57,546 nt of DNA from an uncultured Candidatus Saccharibacteria bacterium (GCA_964648545.1 CAZYNZ010000001.1:1-57546), one strand, 5' to 3'; positions 16,161 through 27,078 are shown, numbered from the stretch's first letter. Translations and numbers: made by a program. The notes: a model not told the origin generated them from the letters alone.

Positions 16161-16574
16161 ATGTGTCCGACTATTCGTCAATTAATTAAAAAAGGAAGGA
16201 AGAAGGGAAAAAAGAAGGACAAGACGCCTGCCCTGACTTTTGGTTTTAACGTTTTGAAAAACAGACCGAAAGATTCTTTTTCGCCTTTCAAGAGGGGAGT
16301 CTGTCTGAAAGTTTTCACCACCACTCCAAAAAAACCAAACTCGGCACTGAGAAAAGTGGCCCGTGTTCGATTGACCAACGGCATGGAAGTAACCGCTTAC
16401 ATTCCGGGAGAGGGACACAATCTTCAGGAGCACGCCATAGTCCTGATAAGAGGAGGCAGGGTGAAGGATTTGCCGGGAGTAAGATACCACATCGTCAGAG
16501 GCATTCTGGACACGGGAGGCGTGGAAGGAAGAAAACAGCAAAGATCGAAATACGGGACAAAGAGAGAAAAATAA
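16161..16574 (+). CDS. rpsL: 30S ribosomal protein S12
   Basis: [11 protein letters not shown]..., [19 protein letters not shown] and [26 protein letters not shown]. Confidence 0.97.
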   Translation: MCPTIRQLIKKGRKKGKKKDKTPALTFGFNVLKNRPKDSFSPFKRGVCLKVFTTTPKKPNSALRKVARVRLTNGMEVTAYIPGEGHNLQEHAIVLIRGGRVKDLPGVRYHIVRGILDTGGVEGRKQQRSKYGTKREK

Positions 16575-16613
16575 ACCCATTCAATGAATTTTTAATTCAT
16601 TTCAATTTTCAAT

Positions 16614-17081
16614 ATGAGTAGAAAAAAAACAGCAAAAAGAGAAATTTATCCCGATTCAATTTACAACAGCGTTATCGTTGCCAAGCTTATCAATCATATA
16701 ATGAAGGGGGGCAAAAAAACTATTGCCGTAAAGATTGTTTACAAAACTCTGGAAATTATCAAGGAGAAGACAAAAAAAGAACCTTTGGAAATTTTTGAGC
16801 AGGCGATCAAAAACGCCACCCCTCTTTTGGAAGTGAAATCGAAAAGAGTCGGAGGCGCCACCTATCAGGTTCCGAGAGAAGTGAAAGAGGAAAGAGGGGT
16901 AACTTTGGCCATGAGGTGGATAATCGCCGCAGCTAAATCCAAGAAAGGAAAGCCGATGAGGGAGAAGCTAGCCGAGGAGCTGATGATGGCTGCCAAAAAC
17001 GAAGGTTCGGCCGTGAAAAAAAGGGAAGACACGCACAGAATGGCGGAGGCCAACAGGGCATTCGCGCATTTTGCCTGGTAA
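16614..17081 (+). CDS. rpsG: 30S ribosomal protein S7
   Basis: 155 aa. It has the [11 protein letters not shown] motif, ends AFAHFAW and follows rpsL. Confidence 0.96.
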   Translation: MSRKKTAKREIYPDSIYNSVIVAKLINHIMKGGKKTIAVKIVYKTLEIIKEKTKKEPLEIFEQAIKNATPLLEVKSKRVGGATYQVPREVKEERGVTLAMRWIIAAAKSKKGKPMREKLAEELMMAAKNEGSAVKKREDTHRMAEANRAFAHFAW

Positions 17082-17087
17082 AGATTT

Positions 17088-19193
17088 ATGCCTAGGGCTT
17101 ATCCAATAGAAAGAGTAAGAGATATAGGAATTATTGCGCACATAGACGCCGGTAAAACTACAGTATCCGAGCGTATTTTGTTTTACACCGGAATCTCCCA
17201 CAAGATCGGAGAGGTCCACAACGGCCAGGCGATTATGGACTGGATGGTCCAGGAAAGGGAAAGGGGAATCACCATCACTTCGGCCGCCACCACTTGTTTT
17301 TGGGTTCCTCATCAGAAGCCGAGAGGGAAAGAGAACGAGTACAAAATCAACATTATCGATACTCCGGGACACATTGACTTTACCGTCGAGGTCCAGAGGT
17401 CTTTGAGGGTTCTGGACGGCGCGGTCGTGGTGTTTGACGGAGTAGCCGGAGTGGAGCCCCAGTCGGAAACCGTCTGGCACCAGGCGGACAAGTTCAAGGT
17501 TCCCAGAATTTGTTTCATAAATAAATTGGACAGGATGGGGGCCAGTTTTGAAAAAAGCATAGAATCCATTTGGAAAAAGTTGTCTCTCCAAGCAGTAGCT
17601 CTTCAGCTGCCCATAGGCCTGGAGGAAAAACTTGAAGGAGTCATTGATTTATTGGAAATGAAAACGGTGAAGTTCGAAGGCGACTTCGGCCAGATTTTAA
17701 AATCGGAAGAAATTCCCCAGGACTTGCTGCAATCAGCCAAGGAGTGGAGAGAGAAGCTGGTGGAAAAAATCGTGGCGGAAGACGAAGAGTTAACGGAGAA
17801 ATATCTGGGGGGAGAGGAGATTGCGGTCGAAGATTTGAGAAAAGTACTGAGAACAGCCACCATCAATTGCAAATTAATCCCGGTTTTCTGCGGTTCTGCC
17901 CTGAAAAACAAGGGAGTCCAGCCCATGCTTGATGCGGTCGTGGATTATCTTCCCAACCCCGTGGAATTGCCCGCGGTAAAGGGAATCGATCCCAAAACAG
18001 GGGAAGAAATAGAAAGGCATCCCTCGGATTCAGAACCATTTTCAGCCTTGGCTTTTAAAATCGCGACTGATCCTTATGTCGGAACTTTGACTTATTTTAG
18101 GGTTTATTCGGGCAGTCTTAAGAAAGGTTCTTACGCTCTGAATACCACAACCGGAGAAAGAGAAAGAATCGGAAGAATTCTAAGAATGCACGCCAACGAC
18201 CGGGAAGAAGTGGAAGAAATTTTCTGCGGGGACATCGGAGCCACCGTGGGACTAAAAAACACTTCCACCGGGCATACTTTGTGCGATGAGGCCAATCCCA
18301 TTGTTCTGGAAAAGATTGTTTTCCCCGAGCCCGTTATTTCAATCAGGATTGAACCCAAGACCAAGGCGGACCAGGAAAAAATGGGAACCGCTTTAAGAAG
18401 GCTGATGGACGAAGATCCGACCTTCAGAGTGAAAGGAGACATGGAAACGGGAGAGACCATTATTTCCGGAATGGGGGAATTGCATTTGGATATCATCGCC
18501 GACAGGTTGAGAAGGGAGTTTAAAGTGGAAGCCAATGTCGGAAGGCCGCAGGTGGCTTACAAGGAAACAATCAAAGAAGAAGCTGAGGCCGAAGGAAAAT
18601 ACATCAGGCAGTCTGGAGGAAGAGGACAGTACGGCCACGTGTTCTTGAGAGTGGAACCCAAGGAAAGAGGAAAAGGCTTTGAATTCTTGAATGAAATCAA
18701 GGGGGGAATAATTCCTCAGGAATTCATTCCCGCCGTTGAAAAAGGGATCAAAGAGGCCATGGATAAAGGCGTGGTTGCCGGCTATCCCATGGTTGATTTG
18801 TCCTGCGCTCTTTACGATGGTTCTTTCCACGAAGTTGACTCTTCAGAGGTTGCATTTAAGATTGCAGGAAGTATGGCTTTTCAGGCGGCAGCCAAAAGAG
18901 CAAAAGCAATAGTCCTGGAGCCCATAATGAAAATGGAAGTAGTGATTCCGGAAGAATTTTTTGGGGACATAATCGGAGATCTAGCGGCCAGAAGAGGGAA
19001 GATCGAAGAGACGAGCGACAGATTGCAAATGAAGGTGATTGATGCTAAAGTACCTTTAGCGGAAATGTTCGGTTATGCCACTTCTATCAGGTCCTTGACC
19101 GAAGGCCGAGGAACGTTTACTATGGAATTTGACAAATACGAAGAGGTTCCCGGCAACATCGCCCAGGAGATATCCGATGGCAAAAGAAGGTAA
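17088..19193 (+). CDS. fusA: translation elongation factor G
   Basis: 701 aa. G1 motif [22 protein letters not shown], and the conserved domain IV/V sequence. Confidence 0.97.
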   Translation: MPRAYPIERVRDIGIIAHIDAGKTTVSERILFYTGISHKIGEVHNGQAIMDWMVQERERGITITSAATTCFWVPHQKPRGKENEYKINIIDTPGHIDFTVEVQRSLRVLDGAVVVFDGVAGVEPQSETVWHQADKFKVPRICFINKLDRMGASFEKSIESIWKKLSLQAVALQLPIGLEEKLEGVIDLLEMKTVKFEGDFGQILKSEEIPQDLLQSAKEWREKLVEKIVAEDEELTEKYLGGEEIAVEDLRKVLRTATINCKLIPVFCGSALKNKGVQPMLDAVVDYLPNPVELPAVKGIDPKTGEEIERHPSDSEPFSALAFKIATDPYVGTLTYFRVYSGSLKKGSYALNTTTGERERIGRILRMHANDREEVEEIFCGDIGATVGLKNTSTGHTLCDEANPIVLEKIVFPEPVISIRIEPKTKADQEKMGTALRRLMDEDPTFRVKGDMETGETIISGMGELHLDIIADRLRREFKVEANVGRPQVAYKETIKEEAEAEGKYIRQSGGRGQYGHVFLRVEPKERGKGFEFLNEIKGGIIPQEFIPAVEKGIKEAMDKGVVAGYPMVDLSCALYDGSFHEVDSSEVAFKIAGSMAFQAAAKRAKAIVLEPIMKMEVVIPEEFFGDIIGDLAARRGKIEETSDRLQMKVIDAKVPLAEMFGYATSIRSLTEGRGTFTMEFDKYEEVPGNIAQEISDGKRR

Positions 19194-19200
19194 TCCACAA

Positions 19201-19228
19201 TTGACACTTTTTCAGAAATAAGTATAAT
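19201..19228 (+). promoter_or_regulatory. internal consensus promoter for tuf
   Basis: TTGACA (19201-19206), 16 nt spacer, TATAAT (19223-19228). An 85-nt A-rich leader follows. Confidence 0.5.
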
Positions 19229-19313
19229 CTTATTATGATAATTTAAACATAAAAAGGTCACGCAAAATCTTAATCAACAAATAAAAAAATAATAAATAAA
19301 ATAAATAAATAAC

Positions 19314-20513
19314 ATGGCAGAAAAAGCAAAATTCGTCAGGGGGAAACCCCATCTTAATATCGGTTCCATCGGTCACGTTGACCATGGTAAAACCACATTA
19401 ACCGCTGCCGTCTTGCACGTCCAGAAACTAAAAGGTTTGGCGGCATCGGAAAAGAGCGTGGATCAGATTGATTCCGCTCCGGAAGAAAAAGCACGTGGGC
19501 TAACCATCAATGTTACGCACGTTGAGTTTGAATCGGACAAAAGACACTACGCCTGGATTGATTGCCCGGGTCACGCCGACTATATCAAGAACATGATTAC
19601 TGGTGCCGCCCAGATGGATGGCGCCGTTTTGGTCGTTTCAGCTCCGGACGGACCCATGCCTCAAACCAGAGAACACATTCTTCTGGCAAGGCAGGTAGGA
19701 TTGCCCTCATTGGTCGTCTTTTTGAACAAGTGCGATGCGGTTGACGACCCGGAGATCATTAACTTGGTTGAGTCTGAAGTCAGGGAATTACTGAAGAAAT
19801 ATCAGTTCCCCGGAGACACGACTCCCATAATCAGGGGTTCCGCTCTGAAAGCGCTTGAAGCCAAGTCGCCGGATGACGAGGTGGCCAAACCCATCGTTGA
19901 ATTGATTAAGGCCGTAGATGATTTTATTCCCGAGCCGGCCAGAGAAGTGGATAAGCCCTTCTTGATGGCGATTGAAGACGTTTTTTCCATTGCCGGTCGA
20001 GGCACGGTGGCCACTGGAAGAATCGAAAGGGGAGAGGTTCACTCGAACGACGACGTGGAATTGGTGGGGATTAAACCTACAAGCAAGACGACCGTCGTCA
20101 GCATCGAGATGTTCAACAAGATTCTGGATGATGGAAAAGCCGGAGACAACGTTGGAGTTCTCCTGAGAGGTCTTAAAAAGGAAGACGTTGAAAGAGGCCA
20201 GGTGTTGGCCAAGCCCGCTTCCATTACTCCTCACACCGAATTCGATGGAGAGGTTTACGTTTTGTCCAAGGAAGAAGGCGGAAGACACACGCCCTTCTTT
20301 ACCGGCTACAAACCTCAGTTCTATTTCCGAACGACTGATGTCACCGGAGACGTAACCCTGCCCGAAGGAACGGAAATGGTTATGCCCGGAGATACAGTGA
20401 CCGTGAAAGTTAAATTAATCGCTCCCATTGCCATGGAAGAAAAACAGAGATTCGCCATCAGGGAAGGCGGAAAAACCGTAGGAGCGGGGGTGATTACAAA
20501 GATTGATAAATAG
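19314..20513 (+). CDS. tuf: translation elongation factor Tu
   Basis: 399 aa with [21 protein letters not shown] and NKCD. Confidence 0.98.
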   Translation: MAEKAKFVRGKPHLNIGSIGHVDHGKTTLTAAVLHVQKLKGLAASEKSVDQIDSAPEEKARGLTINVTHVEFESDKRHYAWIDCPGHADYIKNMITGAAQMDGAVLVVSAPDGPMPQTREHILLARQVGLPSLVVFLNKCDAVDDPEIINLVESEVRELLKKYQFPGDTTPIIRGSALKALEAKSPDDEVAKPIVELIKAVDDFIPEPAREVDKPFLMAIEDVFSIAGRGTVATGRIERGEVHSNDDVELVGIKPTSKTTVVSIEMFNKILDDGKAGDNVGVLLRGLKKEDVERGQVLAKPASITPHTEFDGEVYVLSKEEGGRHTPFFTGYKPQFYFRTTDVTGDVTLPEGTEMVMPGDTVTVKVKLIAPIAMEEKQRFAIREGGKTVGAGVITKIDK

Positions 20514-20538
20514 TTTTTAAACAAAATTAAGAACAAGA

Positions 20539-20883
20539 ATGGCTGTTAAGAAAAAAACTGCTGCAGTTGAAGAGGAAGTAAGGCCTAAGATCAGAATAAA
20601 GCTTAGGGCTTACGATCATAAAGTGATAGACAATTCTGCGCGTCAGATTGTAGAAGTTGCTTTAAGGTATGGTGCCGAAGTTGCGGGCCCCGTTCCTTTG
20701 CCTACCGAGACCCACAAATATACGGTCAACAGGTCCAGCTTCGTTCACAAAGACGCCAGAGAGCAGTTTGAAATGAGGACGCACAAAAGACTGATAGACA
20801 TTCTCAATCCCAACCAGAGAGTGATTGACGCTTTGACTAATCTGAATTTGCCCGCCGGAGTAGACATCGAATTAAAGATGTAG
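20539..20883 (+). CDS. rpsJ: 30S ribosomal protein S10
   Basis: It has [17 protein letters not shown] and [36 protein letters not shown]. Confidence 0.96.
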   Translation: MAVKKKTAAVEEEVRPKIRIKLRAYDHKVIDNSARQIVEVALRYGAEVAGPVPLPTETHKYTVNRSSFVHKDAREQFEMRTHKRLIDILNPNQRVIDALTNLNLPAGVDIELKM

Positions 20884-20984
20884 TCTAAAGAAACATGACA
20901 AAATTACCGTTAATTTTTTAAAAACTATTTATTTTAATAGCCGTAGGTCGTGATAAACCGGGCTATTGCTCGGTTTTAAATTAT

Positions 20985-21572
20985 ATGAGATTCATATTGG
21001 GAACAAAAGTGAAGATGTCGCAGATTTTCGACGATAAGGGAAACATCGTTCCTTTAACTTTGATACAGGCCGGTCCCTGTAAGGTTTTGCAGATAAAGAC
21101 AGCGGAGAAGGATAAGTATGATGCCGTAGAGTTGGGATTCGTCAAAAAAACTAAAAAAGTGAAAAAAAGCGAGAAGGGGAAAGAATATAGATACAAGAGG
21201 GAATTCAAGAACGGCGATAATTTGAAAGTGGGAGACGAGATCGACGTTTCCGTATTTCAGGAAGGAGACAAGGTGAAAATTTCCGGAACTTCCAAGGGAA
21301 AAGGTTTCCAGGGCGGAGTCAAAAAATGGGGATTTTCCGGCCGTGGCGCCAGCCACGGAGTAAAACACGAACACCGTACTCTGGGCTCAACCGGCACTAG
21401 TTTTCCCGAAAGAGTAATCAAGGGAAGGAAAATGCCCGGCCGCATGGGAAGCCAGAGAATCAGCGTGAAGAACCTGAAGGTAGTGAAAATCGATAAAGAA
21501 AACAATATCTTGGCGGTCAAAGGAGCCGTTCCCGGAAGAAGAGGTATTTTATTGGAAATAAGTTCACTATGA
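20985..21572 (+). CDS. rplC: 50S ribosomal protein L3
   Basis: It has GTKVKMSQIFD, KGKGFQGGVKKWGF and HGVKHEHRTLGSTG, with conserved gene order. Confidence 0.94.
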   Translation: MRFILGTKVKMSQIFDDKGNIVPLTLIQAGPCKVLQIKTAEKDKYDAVELGFVKKTKKVKKSEKGKEYRYKREFKNGDNLKVGDEIDVSVFQEGDKVKISGTSKGKGFQGGVKKWGFSGRGASHGVKHEHRTLGSTGTSFPERVIKGRKMPGRMGSQRISVKNLKVVKIDKENNILAVKGAVPGRRGILLEISSL

Positions 21573-22198
21573 AATACGTTGTTCACAATCAGGAAGGGAA
21601 AGAAACAGGCACTACTTTGTTGCCAAAGGAGATTTTTGAAATAAAGATGAGTCCCGATCTGGTCCACCAGGTTGTTTTTTCCCAAATGGCAAACCGCAGG
21701 CAGATTATAGCCCATACTAAAGACAGGAGTGAGGTCAGGGGCGGAGGCAGAAAACCCTGGAGGCAGAAAGGAACGGGCAGGGCCAGGCACGGTTCCATAC
21801 GCTCTCCCTTATGGAAAGGCGGCGGGGTTACTTTCGGACCGACTAAAGAAAGAGTTTTTAAGAGAAAAATCAACAAAAAAATGAAGAGGCAGGCCCTGTT
21901 TATGGTTTTATCCGCCAAGGCCAAAAATAATTTGCTTTTGATATTTGATTTCGATTTCAAACAGATTCCCGCAAAAACAAAACAAATGGCTGAAATTTTG
22001 AAAAAACTTCCCTTGAAAGGATCGGCATTAATTGCGTTGCCCAAAAGTGACGCAAATTTCATTAAAGTTACGAAAAACATTCCCAAGGTTGAAACGATTG
22101 AGGCCAGGAATTTGAACGTTTTGGACATATTGTCGTTCAAACATTTGATACTGCCAAAAGAATCAATAAAAGTGTTAAAAGACAATTTCGGTTATTAA
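21569..22198 (+). CDS. rplD: 50S ribosomal protein L4
   Basis: It has VRGGGRKPWRQKGTGRARHGSIRSPLWKGGGVTFGP. Confidence 0.95.
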   Translation: MKYVVHNQEGKETGTTLLPKEIFEIKMSPDLVHQVVFSQMANRRQIIAHTKDRSEVRGGGRKPWRQKGTGRARHGSIRSPLWKGGGVTFGPTKERVFKRKINKKMKRQALFMVLSAKAKNNLLLIFDFDFKQIPAKTKQMAEILKKLPLKGSALIALPKSDANFIKVTKNIPKVETIEARNLNVLDILSFKHLILPKESIKVLKDNFGY

Positions 22199-22247
22199 AA
22201 ATGAAGGGAAGATGAAAATAAAGTTTTCATCGCCCCGCCCTTAAAAC

Positions 22248-22676
22248 ATGGCTTTAAAAGATATTTTTAAAAAAAAGAAGAAACCCAAGGCGGCAGAAAA
22301 GAAAACAGTGAAGGAGCCGAAAGTGGAGAAGGAACCGAAAAATAAGCCGGAAGTTTCTGCGGTTCCTAAAATAAAAAAAGAAGGAAAAAAAATCGGCAGG
22401 TCCTGGCAGGTTTTGCGTTCGCCCCATGTCACTGAAAAGGCGAGTGCCTTGGCCGGGAAGAACGATTACGTTTTCAAGGTTTTCAACAGGACGAATAAGA
22501 AAGAAGTGAAGGCAGCCGTTGAAAACGTCTTCGGCGTAGACGTTTTGGGTGTTAAGATAATAAATGTACCCGGGAAAAAGAGAAGACTGGGAAAGATAAA
22601 AGGTAAGAGGCCCGGATACAAAAAAGCGGTTGTCAGGGTAAAAGAAGGACAGAAAATTGAAATACTGCCCAGATAA
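22248..22676 (+). CDS. rplW: 50S ribosomal protein L23 with about 45-aa Lys-rich N-terminal extension
   Basis: The core is LRSPHVTEKAS...YVFKV...NKKEVKAAVENVFGVDV...YKKAVVRV. It is preceded by KKKKKPKAAEKKTVKEPKVEKEPKNKP. Confidence 0.9.
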   Translation: MALKDIFKKKKKPKAAEKKTVKEPKVEKEPKNKPEVSAVPKIKKEGKKIGRSWQVLRSPHVTEKASALAGKNDYVFKVFNRTNKKEVKAAVENVFGVDVLGVKIINVPGKKRRLGKIKGKRPGYKKAVVRVKEGQKIEILPR

Positions 22677-22678
22677 TC

Positions 22679-23470
22679 ATGAAAAAACAAAAGATAATCA
22701 CAAAAAAGAATCCGGAAAAGAAATTGATTGTTTTCTTCAAGAAAAGAGCGGGCCGCGCAAGATCGGGCAGAATCACCGTAAGGCATCAAGGCGGAGGAGC
22801 GAGAAGGCTTTACAGGATTGTGGATTTCGGTCAGGAGAAATTGGGTATTCCGGCCAAGTTGATAGCCGTTGAATACGATCCCAACAGGACGTCTTTCATC
22901 GGCCTGTTCGAGTACCAGGGCGGGGAAAAAAGATACCGTCTTTTGCCTCAAGGTTTGAAAGTCGGGGACGCCGTTCTGTGCGCGGACGAAACTCCCATCA
23001 AGGTCGGAAACAGGACAAAATTGAAGAATGTTCCGGTCGGAAGCCAGGTTTACAATGTAGAGATTGAGCCGGGCAAGGGAGGAAGGTTAATGAGGGGAGC
23101 GGGAACCTCGGCCAAGATTCTGGCCCAGGAAGGGGGATTCGTGCATTTGGTTTTTTCCTCTTCCGAGATAAAGAAAGTTTCCGGAGAATGTTTTGCTTCA
23201 ATCGGCCAGGTCTCTTTTCCCGAACATAAGTTCATCAATCTCGGAAAAGCAGGCAGGGCGCGATTGCTGGGCAGAAGGCCGGCAGTCAGAGGAACGGCAA
23301 TGAATCCCGTTGACCATCCTCACGGAGGAGGCGAGGGAAGGACGGGCATCGGGTTGAAGTATCCGAAGACCCCTTGGGGAAAGCCGGCTTTGGGAGTTAA
23401 AACCAGAAAGAAAAAATGGACGGATAAATTCATAATTCAAAGGAGAAAGAAAAAGAAGGGGCGAAGATAA
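22679..23470 (+). CDS. rplB: 50S ribosomal protein L2
   Basis: It has RHQGGGARRLYRIVDF, IEYDPNRTSFI and MNPVDHPHGGGEGR. Confidence 0.97.
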   Translation: MKKQKIITKKNPEKKLIVFFKKRAGRARSGRITVRHQGGGARRLYRIVDFGQEKLGIPAKLIAVEYDPNRTSFIGLFEYQGGEKRYRLLPQGLKVGDAVLCADETPIKVGNRTKLKNVPVGSQVYNVEIEPGKGGRLMRGAGTSAKILAQEGGFVHLVFSSSEIKKVSGECFASIGQVSFPEHKFINLGKAGRARLLGRRPAVRGTAMNPVDHPHGGGEGRTGIGLKYPKTPWGKPALGVKTRKKKWTDKFIIQRRKKKKGRR

Positions 23471-23482
23471 ATCTAAAAAAAT

Positions 23483-23815
23483 ATGGCAAGAAGTCTGAAA
23501 AAAGGTCCCTATGTGGACGAAAAATTATTAAAAAAGATTAAGAACCTTAAACCGGGAGGCGGAGAGGTTATAAAAACATGGAAAAGATCCTGCGTTATTT
23601 CTCCCGAAATGCTGGGTTTTACCTTTGGTGTTCACAACGGACGGGAGTTCGTGAGCGTCAGGGTGACGGAAAACATGGTCGGTCATAAACTGGGCGAGTT
23701 TTCCCCGACCACAAAATTTTCCAGACACGGAGGTAGGATGCAGAGAGAAATAGAGGCAAAAGCCGTTGAAAAGGAATCAGAGAAGGTGGAAGCGGTAAAG
23801 GAACCGAAAAAATAA
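23483..23815 (+). CDS. rpsS: 30S ribosomal protein S19 (with E/K-rich C-terminal tail)
   Basis: It has [40 protein letters not shown] and a C-terminal tail. Confidence 0.95.
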   Translation: MARSLKKGPYVDEKLLKKIKNLKPGGGEVIKTWKRSCVISPEMLGFTFGVHNGREFVSVRVTENMVGHKLGEFSPTTKFSRHGGRMQREIEAKAVEKESEKVEAVKEPKK

Positions 23816-23818
23816 AAT

Positions 23819-24337
23819 ATGAAAATCACTGCAAAACTAAAACATTTGAGAATTTCTGCCAGGAAGGTAAGATTGGTCGTAGATTTAATCAGGGGCAAGA
23901 AGGTTGAAGAAGCCAAAACGATTTTGAATTTCACAATAAAAAGAGGAAGCTTGCCCGTTCTGAAACTTTTAAACCAGGCAGTAGCCAACGCCAAGAATAA
24001 TTTTCAGCTTGATCCGGTAAATCTTTTTGTGGCCGAGATCAAAGTGGATGACGGCCCGAAATTGAAAAGATGGCGGGCAAGAGCGAGAGGCCAGGCCTAT
24101 GAAATCCAGAAAAAGACTTCTCATATTTCCCTGGTCTTGGACGAGATAGTGAAGGAAAAGAGAAAAAGAAAGAAGGTGAAAGAGGCGGCAGTTCCGGAAA
24201 CAGAAACCCTGGAAAAGGCGGAGGTAAAAGAAAAAACGGAAAAGAAAGAAAAGCCCAAATACAAATCCGAGGTTGGAGTCAAAAAACCGAGAATTGGGAA
24301 AGGAATTACAAAAATATTCAGACGTAAAGCGTTTTAA
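23819..24337 (+). CDS. rplV: 50S ribosomal protein L22 with about 60-aa K/E-rich C-terminal extension
   Basis: It has AKLKHLRISARKVRLVVDLIRGKKVEEA and LKRWRARARGQAYEIQKKTSHI. The tail is KEKRKRKKVKEAAVPETE... Confidence 0.93.
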   Translation: MKITAKLKHLRISARKVRLVVDLIRGKKVEEAKTILNFTIKRGSLPVLKLLNQAVANAKNNFQLDPVNLFVAEIKVDDGPKLKRWRARARGQAYEIQKKTSHISLVLDEIVKEKRKRKKVKEAAVPETETLEKAEVKEKTEKKEKPKYKSEVGVKKPRIGKGITKIFRRKAF

Positions 24338-24342
24338 ACAAT

Positions 24343-24987
24343 ATGGCTCACAAAGTCCATCCAAAATCATACAGGCTGAGAGATTTGAACGATTGGGATT
24401 CCCGCTGGTTTAACGATAAAAAATTAGCCCAAAATCTTGAGGAAGATTTTAAAATCAGGGAAGTGGTCATGAAAAAAATAGGAAAGATGGCGCTGGCAAA
24501 AATTGAAATTGAAAGATTCTCCGGAAAAATAAATTTAATTATTTCCAGCGCGAGACCCGGTCTTATTATCGGCAGAGGAGGAGAGGGAATCGAGAACTTG
24601 AAAAGAGAACTGGAAAAGAAAGTTTTCAAAGTCTCCCCGAAAAGGGATTTGAAGCTTGAAATCAAGGAGATAAAAGACCCTTGGACTTCCGCCGCCCTGG
24701 CGGGCCAGTGGATAGCCGGGCAGATCGAAAGAAGAATGCCCCATCGTCGGGTTATAAAACAGACCATGGAAAAAATCATGGCTTCCAAATCTAATAAGGG
24801 GGCCAGGATCGAGATGACGGGCAGGCTTGGCGGAACCGAAATTGCGAGGAGAGAATGGCTGCAGAAGGGCAATTTGCCCCGCCAGACCCTGAGAGCGGAC
24901 ATAGATTTTGCGCAAGAAAGAGCGTTCTGTACTTACGGAACGATCGGAATCAAGGTCTGGATTTACAAAGGGGAGAAATTCGATTAA
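24343..24987 (+). CDS. rpsC: 30S ribosomal protein S3
   Basis: It has [12 protein letters not shown], the KH domain [15 protein letters not shown], and [20 protein letters not shown]. Confidence 0.96.
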   Translation: MAHKVHPKSYRLRDLNDWDSRWFNDKKLAQNLEEDFKIREVVMKKIGKMALAKIEIERFSGKINLIISSARPGLIIGRGGEGIENLKRELEKKVFKVSPKRDLKLEIKEIKDPWTSAALAGQWIAGQIERRMPHRRVIKQTMEKIMASKSNKGARIEMTGRLGGTEIARREWLQKGNLPRQTLRADIDFAQERAFCTYGTIGIKVWIYKGEKFD

Positions 24988-24998
24988 CCTATACCACG

Positions 24999-25409
24999 AT
25001 GTCGATTTTAATGCCCAAAAAAGTGAAACACAGAAAGTGGAGAAAGGGGGTGTCAAAGGGAATATCTGACCGGGGAACGGAAATATCTTTCGGTTCCTAC
25101 GGACTCATGGCTTTGGAATCTTGCCGCATTACCGCAAGACAGATCGAAGCGTCCAGAAGGGCCATCCTCAGATATTTAAAAAAGGGAGGAAAGGTCTGGG
25201 TGAGGATTTTTCCCGACAAGCCCATTACCCAAAAAGGAGTCGAGGTTCCCATGGGTGGAGGAAAGGGCTCCGTTGATCATTACGCTTTTCCCGTAAAGCC
25301 CGGCAGAATTATCTTTGAACTGGACGGATTGAAGGAAGACGTCGCCAGAGACGCATTTAATAAAGCGGCGGACAAATTACCCATTAAAACGAAATTTATT
25401 ATAAGATGA
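24999..25409 (+). CDS. rplP: 50S ribosomal protein L16
   Basis: The start was trimmed to ATG 24999 ([17 protein letters not shown]), just after the rpsC stop. The track ORF start 24855 lies inside rpsC. Confidence 0.93.
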   Translation: MSILMPKKVKHRKWRKGVSKGISDRGTEISFGSYGLMALESCRITARQIEASRRAILRYLKKGGKVWVRIFPDKPITQKGVEVPMGGGKGSVDHYAFPVKPGRIIFELDGLKEDVARDAFNKAADKLPIKTKFIIR

Positions 25410-25591
25410 AGTTAGCTGAATTGCGCCGAAAATCGAAAGACGAATTGAAAAAGATTTTACAGGACGACAGAGAAAAACTGAGGCAGCTGAGGTTTGATTT
25501 GTCGGCCGGAAAGGTGAAGAACGTCAGGGAAATACGCCACATAAAAAAAGAAATAGCCCAAGTTTTAACTTTATTAGTCAAAGAGCAATAA
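25406..25591 (+). CDS. rpmC: 50S ribosomal protein L29
   Basis: 61 aa. It has [25 protein letters not shown] and conserved position. Confidence 0.92.
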   Translation: MKLAELRRKSKDELKKILQDDREKLRQLRFDLSAGKVKNVREIRHIKKEIAQVLTLLVKEQ

Positions 25592-25592
25592 T

Positions 25593-25826
25593 ATGTCCAA
25601 ACGTCAGTTACAAGGAAAAATTATATCGGACAAAATGCAAAAGACCATCGTAGTTCAGGTGGAAAGGATAAAAGAGCACCCGAAATACAAAAGAAGGTAT
25701 AAATTTCACAAAAAATACAAAGCCCATGTCGAAGATGGGGAATATAAGATTGGAGACAGGGTGGTGATCGAGGAATGCAGGCCGATCAGCAGGGAAAAAA
25801 GGTGGAAGGTGATCAAAAAAGTTTAA
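25593..25826 (+). CDS. rpsQ: 30S ribosomal protein S17
   Basis: It has [29 protein letters not shown] and [18 protein letters not shown]. Confidence 0.95.
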   Translation: MSKRQLQGKIISDKMQKTIVVQVERIKEHPKYKRRYKFHKKYKAHVEDGEYKIGDRVVIEECRPISREKRWKVIKKV

Positions 25827-25830
25827 AAAC

Positions 25831-26202
25831 ATGATTCAATTAAGAACAATGTTAAACGTCGCAGATAACAGCGGTGCCAAGCTCATCCAGTGTTTTAAGG
25901 TTTTAGGCGGAACCAGGCGCAGATACGCACAGATAGGGGACGTTATCGTGGCGACGGTGAAAGATGCGGAGCCAAGAAGAATAGTCAAAAAACATGAAGT
26001 TGTCAGGGCGGTGGTAATCAGGCAGAAAAAGAATTTCCGCAGAAAGGATGGTAGCTATATTTCTTTTGACGACAACGCGGCCGTTATCCTGGAGGCTAAA
26101 ACCAAGGAGCCAAAAGGAGGAAGAATCATGGGCCCGGTTCCCAGAGAAATAAAGGAAAAAGGTTTTGAGAAAATAGCCACTTTGGCGGCAGAAATAATAT
26201 AA
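25831..26202 (+). CDS. rplN: 50S ribosomal protein L14
   Basis: It has [17 protein letters not shown] and [12 protein letters not shown]. Confidence 0.97.
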   Translation: MIQLRTMLNVADNSGAKLIQCFKVLGGTRRRYAQIGDVIVATVKDAEPRRIVKKHEVVRAVVIRQKKNFRRKDGSYISFDDNAAVILEAKTKEPKGGRIMGPVPREIKEKGFEKIATLAAEII

Positions 26203-26507
26203 TGAAAATCAAGAAAAACGATACGGTTTTAATAATTTCCGGAAAGGACAAGGGTAAACAGGGCAAGGTGCTGGACGCTTTTCCCAAAGAAGGCAGGATT
26301 ATGGTTGAGGGGATTAATTTGAGGAAGAAACACCAGCGGCCGAAAAAAAGCGGGGAAAAGGGCCAGATTGTGACGATGCCGGGTCCCGTCAACGTTTCCA
26401 ACGTTAAAATAATCTGCCCCGGCTGTAAAAAGCCGACACGAGTTGGCTATAAGGTTGAAGAAAAAAGAAAAACAAGAATTTGCAAAAAGTGCAAACAGGA
26501 AATTTAA
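26202..26507 (+). CDS. rplX: 50S ribosomal protein L24 (with C-terminal zinc ribbon)
   Basis: It has the KOW motif IKKNDTVLIISGKDKGKQGKV and a CPGCKK...CKKCK tail. Confidence 0.93.
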   Translation: MKIKKNDTVLIISGKDKGKQGKVLDAFPKEGRIMVEGINLRKKHQRPKKSGEKGQIVTMPGPVNVSNVKIICPGCKKPTRVGYKVEEKRKTRICKKCKQEI

Positions 26508-26514
26508 TACTCAA

Positions 26515-27078
26515 ATGTTTATTCGTTTTATAGAAAAATTTAATACCGAAGCTGTTCCAGGAATGATCAAGAAATTCGGCTATAAGTCCAGAATGGCGGT
26601 TCCTAGAATCGAGAAAGTGGTGGTTAACACGGGATTCGGCAGGCAGGTTGCCGGGAAAAGTACCGAGGAGCAGAAAAAGATTTCCGATTCCATCCTGGAA
26701 GACCTGACCGTAATTTGCGGGCAGAAAGGCATTAAAACCTTGGCCAAAAAGTCCATAGCCAGTTTTAAAGTCAGGGAAAAAATGCCTCTGGGGGCCAAGG
26801 TAACTCTGAGGGGGAAAAAGATGATAGATTTTCTGGAGAGGCTGATACATTTGGTTCTGCCCAGAACCAGGGATTTCAAGGGTATTGATCTCAAATCGGT
26901 CGATAAGAAGGGCAATCTGACTTTGGCCATAAAAGAGCATATTGCTTTCCCGGAAATACTTCCCGAGAGAGCCAAGAATATTTTCGGTCTGGAAGTAACT
27001 GTGGCCACCAGCGCTAAAAGCAAAGAAGAAGGACTGGAACTGTTCAGACTGATGGGTTTTCCGATGAAGAATCAATAA
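26515..27078 (+). CDS. rplE: 50S ribosomal protein L5
   Basis: The start was trimmed to ATG 26515, after the rplX stop. It has PRIEKVVVNTGFG, LRGKKMIDFLERLI and ALPRTRDFKG. Confidence 0.94.
   Translation: MFIRFIEKFNTEAVPGMIKKFGYKSRMAVPRIEKVVVNTGFGRQVAGKSTEEQKKISDSILEDLTVICGQKGIKTLAKKSIASFKVREKMPLGAKVTLRGKKMIDFLERLIHLVLPRTRDFKGIDLKSVDKKGNLTLAIKEHIAFPEILPERAKNIFGLEVTVATSAKSKEEGLELFRLMGFPMKNQ

Noticed and set aside
21589-22185. Long antisense ORFs lie opposite highly expressed genes. Examples are 21589-22185 opposite rplD, 24348-24902 opposite rpsC, 26404-27075 opposite rplE, 10989-11606 opposite nrdD, 16968-17591 opposite rpsG/fusA, 35658-36245 opposite alaS and 52950-53513 opposite mreB.
   Set aside because: Each lies entirely inside a confidently identified plus-strand gene. 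Their translations are low-complexity (Phe/Leu/Ser/Pro-rich) with no motifs. Lys/Glu-rich coding strands suppress stops on the complement, so these are shadow ORFs.
24855-24998. Some ORF-track starts extend into the upstream gene. These are 13753, 15281, 24855, 26443, 41312, 42252 and 46810.
   Set aside because: In each case the family-typical N-terminus begins at an internal ATG located just after the upstream stop codon. For 46810 it lies after a terminator. The extra residues overlap the preceding gene in another frame, so the starts were trimmed.
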